DNA of 50,968 bases from a virus (taxonomy: Duplodnaviria > Caudoviricetes): positions 1 through 50,968 of the IMG/VR virus record IMGVR_UViG_3300020711_000014. The stretch is one strand, 5' to 3'. Position numbers and translations under genes: made by a program. The notes beneath the pieces are model-generated. The model ran no database searches, was not told the origin of the DNA, and saw only the letters and a list, made by a program, of their open reading frames with translations. Positions within the stretch are counted from its first letter, which is position 1. Each line of letters starts with the position of its first letter. Positions 1 through 7,074 of the stretch are shown here, one piece after another.

Positions 1-102
1 ATTTCCGTTAATTGGCGCTCGCTTTCGGCTTCAATTACTAAGCCGACGCGCTGCCATACTGTTATTTTTTCGTCCGTATAAATTCTAAATTTAGGCATTT
101 TC
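1..102. repeat. Near-identical copy of 50575-50676 (2 mismatches); 5' part of an alternative allele of the MPKFRIYTDEK gene
   Basis: Direct alignment; mismatches at positions 30 and 33 (IEA vs IDA). Confidence 0.95.
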
Positions 103-387
103 TAGCCCCCTTACTTTATCCATTAAAGAATTGATTTCTTCGCATAATTGCCCTAAGTTATAAATAGAGCCGAAAACAATCCCGCCGCCATATTGTTTAT
201 TATGAAAACGGCGCCCGCCCAATGGTTTAGCGCGTTTTAATGCTAGCTCATATTTTTTGCTAATTCTATCTAGCCCTGAATAATCGGCTAGATCGTCGCT
301 TGTGGTAAACGCTAAAAAGTGGCAAACATAGCGCGGATTGCCGTTAATGTCGTTATTAACGCGGGTGAAATCCTCTTGTGTAATCAT
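91..387 (-). CDS. Early hypothetical protein
   Basis: 98-aa ORF, TAACTAGAGGA RBS cassette upstream. Confidence 0.85.
   Translation of the reverse strand: MITQEDFTRVNNDINGNPRYVCHFLAFTTSDDLADYSGLDRISKKYELALKRAKPLGGRRFHNKQYGGGIVFGSIYNLGQLCEEINSLMDKVRGLENA
141..195. repeat. 55-bp overlap with contig end (50914-50968), circularisation signal
   Basis: Exact match cgcataattg...ccgccatattg; 55 is a common assembler k-mer. Confidence 0.95.
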
Positions 388-416
388 GGTTTTTTATCCT
401 CTAGTTAATTGATTGT

Positions 417-1034
417 TTAGGCGTAAGCCGTCCATTCGCTAGGCTTATAGATTGCCTTGCCTTCGATAACCGCGACGGGTTTAAACCGGCGGGCGCTTGA
501 AAATGAGTTAATCCTAAAATATGGCTCTGAATCTTCACTATATCGCTGGATTTTTTTGTTTAATATCTTGCCGATAAATTGATTGGGCGCCGGTATGCTC
601 TCGCCTTGCATAAAGCATTCGCGGCTATCCTCTGATATATCGCGAATTTGGCTAATTTTTGCCATTTGACCAGATACGCTCAAAACCTGATAAAAATCTA
701 TATTAGTTTGATCGTAACCCCATGAGCACCGGAAAACGTCCCCCGCTTTTACATCATGCGCGGCGCTTAATTGCTTGATTTTCTCGCGGCGCTCTAGCTT
801 ATCGGCGGCGGCTTTTTCTAGCTTGCTCAATTCTTCGCTAATGTAGGCGTCGCGTTTTTCGATTGTCGCAAATCTATAATGGGCGCGGGGCTTGTTAGAT
901 TTGCCACTAAAAATCAACGCGACGGGGCGCGGCTCATTAGCGCCATAAGCTGCAAATCCTAGCTCTAGGCTTTCGGCTAATAGCTTGTAGCTTTCAGGAA
1001 TAAAAAATTCTCTATCGTATGTTTTCATTTTCAA
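417..1034 (-). CDS. Early conserved hypothetical protein (GDVF..SWGYDQTNIDFYQV motif)
   Basis: 205-aa ORF with RBS cassette; motif recurrent in phage early proteins. Confidence 0.85.
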   Translation of the reverse strand: MKMKTYDREFFIPESYKLLAESLELGFAAYGANEPRPVALIFSGKSNKPRAHYRFATIEKRDAYISEELSKLEKAAADKLERREKIKQLSAAHDVKAGDVFRCSWGYDQTNIDFYQVLSVSGQMAKISQIRDISEDSRECFMQGESIPAPNQFIGKILNKKIQRYSEDSEPYFRINSFSSARRFKPVAVIEGKAIYKPSEWTAYA

Positions 1035-1058
1035 TTTTTCCTCTAGTTAATTGAATGT

Positions 1059-1205
1059 TTAACCGCAAAACCACGCGTCCGGGTTTGCCTTTAGAAATTC
1101 GCGGGCAGCCTTTACAGTGTCAAAACGCAAGTGTCTAAAATAATTGTTTTCTTCGATCGCGATCACAATCCAGCCCGCGCGATTAAATGTTAATTTTTGA
1201 GCCAT
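1059..1205 (-). CDS. Small early protein MAQKLTFNRAGW..., 48 aa
   Basis: Start reassigned to ATG at 1205, after AGGGGG RBS and the upstream stop. Confidence 0.7.
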   Translation of the reverse strand: MAQKLTFNRAGWIVIAIEENNYFRHLRFDTVKAAREFLKANPDAWFCG

Positions 1206-1207
1206 GA

Positions 1208-1312
1208 TTAAAATCCCCCTGAAATAGCATAAGCAAACATTAAACCCAAAACGGCACCCAATAGAGCCGCGCCGATCCAATCCCAAATTGTGATTTTTTT
1301 GTTTTCCATCAT
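1208..1312 (-). CDS. Small membrane peptide MMENKKITIWDWIGAALLGAVLGLMFAYAISGGF
   Basis: Hand translation; TAATG coupling to upstream ORF; one hydrophobic helix. Not in ORF track. Confidence 0.65.
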   Translation of the reverse strand: MMENKKITIWDWIGAALLGAVLGLMFAYAISGGF

Positions 1313-1428
1313 TACACCCCCAATAAAACGCGCCCAAATACAATAAATGGCACAAGCGCGATATAAATAAAAGGCGCTGCCAATGCGCCCATTAAAATTA
1401 AAAAAATCTGGCTTTCGTATTTGCTCAT
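1312..1428 (-). CDS. Small membrane peptide MSKYESQIFLILMGALAAPFIYIALVPFIVFGRVLLGV
   Basis: Hand translation; GAGGA RBS; hydrophobic. Not in ORF track. Confidence 0.65.
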   Translation of the reverse strand: MSKYESQIFLILMGALAAPFIYIALVPFIVFGRVLLGV

Positions 1429-1444
1429 TTTGTTTAATCCTCTT

Positions 1445-1690
1445 TTAATTGTTTTTAAAAAAATCTAAACATTCGTTAGAGTATTGACCGGCATCGAGCA
1501 TAGACTCAACAGTAGCCGTATAAATTGCATACCATTCGGAGGTATTAAATAGAAAACCTTGCTCCGCGCCTGTATCGTCAGCATTGTTTTCACCTGAAAA
1601 AATAACACTCTCAATTTCGTTGTATAAGTCATAGGAAATAGCACCTTTTAATGCCTCTAGCGCTTTATGCTGTTTGCCATTATTCATCAT
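1445..1690 (-). CDS. Early acidic hypothetical protein
   Basis: 81-aa ORF, AAGGGA RBS, first gene after promoter at ~1740. Confidence 0.75.
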   Translation of the reverse strand: MMNNGKQHKALEALKGAISYDLYNEIESVIFSGENNADDTGAEQGFLFNTSEWYAIYTATVESMLDAGQYSNECLDFFKNN

Positions 1691-1739
1691 TTTTTATCCC
1701 TTTATAGGTCAAATTGTCATTACTGAACTACTAGGCTCT

Positions 1740-1769
1740 AGTGTAACAGATTTTTTTGCAAAATGTCTA
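1740..1769 (-). promoter_or_regulatory. Sigma70-like early promoter (TAGACA-18-TACACT, extended -10)
   Basis: AATCTGTTACAYT core shared with sites at 39206 and 41374. Confidence 0.6.
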
Positions 1770-1804
1770 GTTTTTTTCTAGGTGTTTTCCCTAAATGTTG
1801 CTAT

Positions 1805-2122
1805 TTAGTCAAAATCGGGGCGCGGGCTAGAATTAAGCCAATTTCTATAAGCGCGATCTATACGGACAGCGCGGGCGGCGGCTTTCTCATCGTCGCGGGC
1901 TTGCGTTTGCGCGCGGCGTGTTTGCGCGGGGTCAATATATTGTCCATTCGCGATATTAAAAATTAGATCATCTAAGGCGGCGCGGGCTTGCAATTCGCTC
2001 TCATACATTCCTAGATGCTTATATTTTCCGTTAATCATCATACGGGCGCGCCATTTATTGGATTGTGCAATATAGCTTATGGCGCCCGTCCTATTCTTGC
2101 GGGTTTTTACGGTATCAGTCAT
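1805..2122 (-). CDS. AP2-domain DNA-binding protein
   Basis: WRARMMINGKYKHLGMYESELQARAA matches the AP2-type fold motif. Confidence 0.75.
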   Translation of the reverse strand: MTDTVKTRKNRTGAISYIAQSNKWRARMMINGKYKHLGMYESELQARAALDDLIFNIANGQYIDPAQTRRAQTQARDDEKAAARAVRIDRAYRNWLNSSPRPDFD

Positions 2123-2160
2123 TTTTAGCCTTTTTAGGTGTTTATCAAAGGTTAAATTTT

Positions 2161-2651
2161 ATGGCAATAATGACAATATGTCTAGTTTATAAAACGGTAA
2201 TTTATAGGGGCGATAGATGATGACTAATAGTTTTTTGCAAATTGTCATTTTTAAGGGGTTTTTAAAGTTTTTTGGGTTATGTTTTGGGTTATGTTTTTGG
2301 GGTTTTGACCTATTGGCGGGGGCTTATAGCTATTAGCTTATAGCGGGTTATTGGTCAAATTGTCATTTTTTATTTATTTATTAGAATTGGAAATATAAAA
2401 AATAGGGTTTTTACAATGTTATCGGCTAGCGGTTTAAATTGCCATGGCAATTTAGCCTATTTAGCCCATGCCATTTTGACCATGCTATCAGGCGCAAGTT
2501 TTGGGCTATTGGCTATCAGATAAGAGCTAATAGCTAGGGGCTTTTTTAATCTAGGTGAATTTTGATCGCGCCCCGCTCCGGTTTTAAATTTCAAGCCGAT
2601 AGCCCCTAGCTTATAGCTTGTAGCTAATAGCTAGCATATGACAATTTGACC
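2161..2651. repeat. Dispersed GGTCAAATTGTCAT repeats; candidate origin/iterons
   Basis: Exact at 1707-1720, 2353-2366, inverted 2638-2651; degenerate at 2170, 2237, 2444. Confidence 0.6.
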
Positions 2652-2721
2652 TATTGTTGTTTGACATAACACCGGTTATACGCAACAAGCTAGCAGCTTT
2701 TAGCTAAAGGCTTATAGCTAG
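2320..2721. repeat. Four arrays of 7-bp-phased nRGCYnn units
   Basis: 2320-2347, 2503-2544, 2593-2634, 2687-2721, e.g. tagctta tagcttg tagctaa tagctag. Confidence 0.85.
2659..2686 (-). other. dif-like XerC/XerD recombination site
   Basis: Minus strand GTTGCGTATAA-CCGGTG-TTATGTCAAAC; 11-6-11 layout, each arm 9/11 identical to E. coli dif. Confidence 0.75.
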
Positions 2722-2850
2722 GGGTTTGCAGGGCGATAACGCCCGCTAGCCCTTATTCTATATGCGCCCGCTTTTTTGCCATATAAAATCGAAAAAGGGG
2801 GTCATTAAAATAGGTGGGTACGATGATGGGGTTTTTTATTCTATAAAATA

Positions 2851-3080
2851 TGCAAAAAAGTGTTTTGCAAAGTCCAAAAAATTTTTGTAATTTTTAAAAC
2901 TAAGTTAGCAGTCACTAACATAGCTAATTTCCCGATCGGGAACTTTCTTGAAATTTCATGCACTTTTTCAACATATATTCCCGATCGGTAAATTTATGTT
3001 GAAAAACAGCCCCTAGCCCAAAACTGTCATATATAAGGTAAACCCTAGCATCTTGCATATTTAAGGGTTTATGCTAATAT
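2851..3080. promoter_or_regulatory. Cluster of operator-like palindromes and putative late promoter upstream of terS
   Basis: GTTAG-N6-CTAAC 2904-2919; TTCCCGATCGGGAA 2929 and variant 2978; TTGCAT-16-TAATAT 3053-3080. Confidence 0.55.
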
Positions 3081-3109
3081 CGAACCATCGTCAATCTTAG
3101 GAGGTAATC

Positions 3110-3523
3110 ATGGAGCGTTTTACACCAGATCCCCTATTTTATTCAATTGACCATAAGACCGATAAAATCGAAGCTACCGAAGAAGAGATTGCCAACATCT
3201 ATGATGCTGCCTATCGCGGTCTTGCCGGTGACGCACTAGCTATCGCTGCTGGCTTTTTGCCCGTAGACTTCAATCGTCTTTGCCAATTTGACCCAAAAGC
3301 TGCCGAAGCAGTGATTTATGGTCGTGCTAAAAATCATGCAGATGTAAGCGGATCCTTAATGAGAAACGCTCTCAATGGCGACACTAAAGCAGCAACGACA
3401 GTGCTCACTCACTTACATGGCTGGAAACCTGCCAAGCCAGAAGCTGATAGCTCCAATGAATTACGCATCGTCATTGAGAATACGCTGCCAGACCCCACCC
3501 CCGAACAGAAAGCTATTAGCTAA
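3110..3523 (+). CDS. terS: Terminase small subunit (putative)
   Basis: AGGAGG RBS; helical; directly upstream of and coupled to terL. Confidence 0.7.
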   Translation: MERFTPDPLFYSIDHKTDKIEATEEEIANIYDAAYRGLAGDALAIAAGFLPVDFNRLCQFDPKAAEAVIYGRAKNHADVSGSLMRNALNGDTKAATTVLTHLHGWKPAKPEADSSNELRIVIENTLPDPTPEQKAIS

Positions 3524-4809
3524 TGGCTAATACCCGACGGGTCACACTTCCAGTTTTACATTCAGGGCAACATGCCCTGTTTTTACAGCAACAACGCTTA
3601 AACGCAGTACGGTGCGGACGACGCTGGGGAAAGACACGCTTTCTGGAATGGCTTGCAGCTAGGGGCGCGGGCAACGGGCAATCCGTTGGAATCTTCGCGC
3701 CCGAGCACAAACAGCTTGCCGAACCATGGGATCACTTGCGCGACATGTTAGACCCCATCATTAAAAGTGCCAATCGCAACGACGGTACTATCAAATTGAT
3801 GAGTGGCGGCAAGATTGACTTCTGGACACTGAACGACAATGAGCTAGCAGGTCGCGGGCGCGAGTACAACTTGGTGCTCATTGATGAGGCGGGATTTACC
3901 AAGTCGCCGCAGATGAAAGACGAGATTTGGTTCAAGTCCATCAAACCAACGATGTTGACAACTCGCGGCGTATCGTGGGTGTTCTCTACCCCGAATGGCT
4001 TGGATCCGGACAACTTTTTCTACGCAGCCTGTCAAGAACCAGACCTTGGGTTTAGCTCGTTTCATGCGCCGACTAGTACAAACCCTTACGTTCCACTGGA
4101 CGAGCTTGAGCGCGAACGCGAACGCAACCACCCAATGGTATTCCAGCAAGAGTTTTTGGCGGAATTCGTGGATTGGTCAAACATCGCGCTGTTTGGTGCT
4201 GACAAGCTACTAGTTGAGGGTTTACCCGTACAATATCCAACCAATTGCGACGCGGTGTACGCCGTACTCGATACCGCGGTCAAAGGCGGCAAACAACATG
4301 ACGGCACGGCAGTGGTGTTCTTTGCGCTCAACGAGTTTGGCATTCCGCTGACCATCCTCGATTGGGATGTCGTTCAGATTGATGGCGGCTTGCTCGAGCA
4401 TTGGATCCCCAGTGTGTTCTCGCGGCTAGAAGAGTTAGCTAGGGGCTGTGGGGCAAGGTATGGTAGCGCGGGCGTGTTCGCCGAGGACACCGCAACTGGT
4501 TCAATCTTGTTACAACAAGCTGCCAACCGCGGTTGGGCGATGCGCCCGATTGATAGCAAGTTGGTGCAAGCGGGCAAGGATGAAAGAGCCGTCAGTGTGT
4601 CAGGTTACTACCATCAAGAAAAGCTCAAGATTAGCGAGTATGCGTTCAACAAAACGATAGCATTTAAAGGCTCAACGCGAAATCACTTGCTGACACAATT
4701 AGCTTCCTTTAGACTAGGGGATCCAGATGCCCACAAGAGAAGTGACGATCTGTTAGACGCAACCGTCTATGGAATTGCGCTCGGATTAGGTAACAAACTC
4801 GGATTCTAG
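3523..4809 (+). CDS. terL: Terminase large subunit
   Basis: Walker A GRRWGKT, GRGR, Walker B LVLIDEA, STP motif, C-terminal DDLLDA nuclease motif. Confidence 0.95.
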   Translation: MANTRRVTLPVLHSGQHALFLQQQRLNAVRCGRRWGKTRFLEWLAARGAGNGQSVGIFAPEHKQLAEPWDHLRDMLDPIIKSANRNDGTIKLMSGGKIDFWTLNDNELAGRGREYNLVLIDEAGFTKSPQMKDEIWFKSIKPTMLTTRGVSWVFSTPNGLDPDNFFYAACQEPDLGFSSFHAPTSTNPYVPLDELERERERNHPMVFQQEFLAEFVDWSNIALFGADKLLVEGLPVQYPTNCDAVYAVLDTAVKGGKQHDGTAVVFFALNEFGIPLTILDWDVVQIDGGLLEHWIPSVFSRLEELARGCGARYGSAGVFAEDTATGSILLQQAANRGWAMRPIDSKLVQAGKDERAVSVSGYYHQEKLKISEYAFNKTIAFKGSTRNHLLTQLASFRLGDPDAHKRSDDLLDATVYGIALGLGNKLGF

Positions 4810-4844
4810 TGGTATGATGGGCAATATATTTTTGGGAATAATCT

Positions 4845-6260
4845 ATGTCTGATATAAGCATCTCCAATACATCCCTGCCTTCCCCACTAATGTCGTTTCT
4901 TCAGACGGATTCAATTGAGCCGGGAACTCCCGCGGGCTACGAAACTTGTAAAGCTATTTTCGAGTATCACCCATTAGCCCCTAAGATTATTGAAAAACCC
5001 ATCGTTTTAGCGTTGTCCAAACCACGCATTATTACAATGGATTGCCATCCAAAAGAGATGTTGATTAAAGCATTTCAGGATGAGTGGGATAGTTTAGATG
5101 CTACCAACATTATTCGCGACGTGACGTTTCTCAAACGCGTGTACGGCGTATCCGCCGTCATCTATGGCGCCGAAGGTATTCCAACAGATAAAGAAATTGA
5201 CCCTTGGCAATTGCCGTATTTAAATTTGTACTTTAATAAACTTGACCCGTTAAACCTTGCTGGCTCAACCGTCACCAACCAAAACCCAAACGCGCCAGAC
5301 TTTCAAAAGCCGCTAGAGTACATAACGGCTGCGGGTCAGCCATACCATCCAAGTCGTAGCAAAATTGTGTATAACAATGCGCCGATTTATTTAAGTTTCC
5401 AGCCATCCGGTTTTGGTTTCACAGGTCGTTCTGTATTCCAGCGCGCCCTGTATCCTTTGAAATCATTCGTTCAGTCTATGGTCACTGACGATTTGGTCAC
5501 TTTCAAAGCGGGTCTGCTGGTCATTAAACAAAAGCAATCTGGCTCAATTGTTAATCGCTTGATGCAAACAGCCGCTGGCATTAAACGTAGCTACTTACAA
5601 CAAGGTGTTACGGGTAACGTATTGTCAATTGATATTGACGAGGACATCGAGTCTATCGACTTGAACAATACCGACACCGCGATGACTACCGCGCGTGACA
5701 ACATCATCGCCAACATTGCCGCAGCTACTGATGTACCAGCTATTCTCTTAAAAGATGAAGCCTTAGCTAACAGCTTTGCAGAAGGTAGCCAAGATGCGAT
5801 TGCAATTGCTCAATACGTCACTAGTTTGCGTAACGATATGAGAACGCTGTTTGACTTCTTTGACAAAATCGTGATGCACCGCGCATGGAACAAAGAGTTT
5901 TTTGACGCCGTTCAAGCAAAATACCCAGACATGTACGCTGGTAAAACATACGAACAAGCATTTTACGAGTGGAAAGATGCGTTTATACCAATCTGGGATT
6001 CCATGATTGAAGAAACTCCAAGCGAATTGGTCAAGACTGAAGAAGTCAAGCTCAAAGGTATGACCGAACTCTTGCGTACTATTTTGCCTGTAGTGAACCC
6101 CGAAAACCGCGCCCGCGCGATCCAATGGGCGCAAGATAATCTTTCCGAAATGAATGATATGTTCACTTCATCCATGCAACTCGATATTGAAGAGATCATG
6201 GAATATGAACCGCCTGAGCCACTAACAGCCCCAACTGAGCCGCCACACGCTAAGGACTAA
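4845..6260 (+). CDS. Portal protein (DUF1073-type)
   Basis: 471 aa after terL; HPSR, FTGRSV and IAAATDVPAILL motifs. Confidence 0.85.
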   Translation: MSDISISNTSLPSPLMSFLQTDSIEPGTPAGYETCKAIFEYHPLAPKIIEKPIVLALSKPRIITMDCHPKEMLIKAFQDEWDSLDATNIIRDVTFLKRVYGVSAVIYGAEGIPTDKEIDPWQLPYLNLYFNKLDPLNLAGSTVTNQNPNAPDFQKPLEYITAAGQPYHPSRSKIVYNNAPIYLSFQPSGFGFTGRSVFQRALYPLKSFVQSMVTDDLVTFKAGLLVIKQKQSGSIVNRLMQTAAGIKRSYLQQGVTGNVLSIDIDEDIESIDLNNTDTAMTTARDNIIANIAAATDVPAILLKDEALANSFAEGSQDAIAIAQYVTSLRNDMRTLFDFFDKIVMHRAWNKEFFDAVQAKYPDMYAGKTYEQAFYEWKDAFIPIWDSMIEETPSELVKTEEVKLKGMTELLRTILPVVNPENRARAIQWAQDNLSEMNDMFTSSMQLDIEEIMEYEPPEPLTAPTEPPHAKD

Positions 6261-6262
6261 TC

Positions 6263-7063
6263 GTGACTTTCTACGAAGTCCTTACGCAAGCGGTCAATTA
6301 CTACATCACATATGGCTTTGAAAACGAAGCTAGGCTCAAATATTGGATGGAAGAGCTTAGAAATGCGGCTGTAAAATCATTAATTACGCCTGAAAAGCTG
6401 CAAAAAGAATTAGAACGCTCTTTGAAGGGCGCTTTTGACCGATTAGTGACCAAAGGCGGGCTTGTAAACAAAGATGTTAGCCGCTTTACCGTAGCTAAAC
6501 TAACCCCCAAAATGCGCGCCGAATTAGATCGTCGCATCGTAGCAAGCGCCAACTTAATCAAGTTTAATCGTGAAGAGTCTATTAGCAATACATTGCGACG
6601 ATTTGCTGGTTGGGCTACTTCGATTCCGCCCGGCGGAAATAAAGATGTCAAACGTCAAGAAGAGAAAAAGCACATTAAAAAAGAGCTTGGGATGTTGCCG
6701 TTTAAAGAACGACGCGTCATTATTGACCAAACTCACAAGCTAATAGCCAATATCAACGAGATCGTAGCTGTTGATAGCGGTGCTATTGCAGCGCAATGGC
6801 ACAGTAATTGGCGTCAAGCAAACTACGATTATCGTGAAGATCACCGCGAATTAGATGAAAAAATATTTTTAATACGCGGTAGTTGGGCTGTAAAAGATGG
6901 TTATGTAAAATCAAAAAACGGATATACTAATGATGTAGTCGCGCCCGGCGAAGCGGTTTATTGCCGGTGCAGGTATAAGTATTTATACCGGGTGAGTCAA
7001 CTGCCCGACGAAATGATTACCCAAAAAGGTAAAGAAGCGTTACAATCCAAGAAAATTTACTAG
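6263..7063 (+). CDS. Head morphogenesis protein (SPP1 gp7/Mu F-like)
   Basis: After portal; R..H..LD and PGEAVYCRC motifs. Confidence 0.8.
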   Translation: MTFYEVLTQAVNYYITYGFENEARLKYWMEELRNAAVKSLITPEKLQKELERSLKGAFDRLVTKGGLVNKDVSRFTVAKLTPKMRAELDRRIVASANLIKFNREESISNTLRRFAGWATSIPPGGNKDVKRQEEKKHIKKELGMLPFKERRVIIDQTHKLIANINEIVAVDSGAIAAQWHSNWRQANYDYREDHRELDEKIFLIRGSWAVKDGYVKSKNGYTNDVVAPGEAVYCRCRYKYLYRVSQLPDEMITQKGKEALQSKKIY

Positions 7064-7074
7064 GGTTTTAACCT

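Noticed and set aside
3516-4660. Antisense or off-frame ORFs within terL, and likewise within portal, PolA and primase
   Set aside because: Shadow ORFs of well-supported genes, with no RBS or motifs.
4845-6260. Anti-CBASS Acb1 nuclease (label sometimes attached to DUF1073 proteins)
   Set aside because: Size and position indicate the portal; no separate phosphoesterase domain evident.
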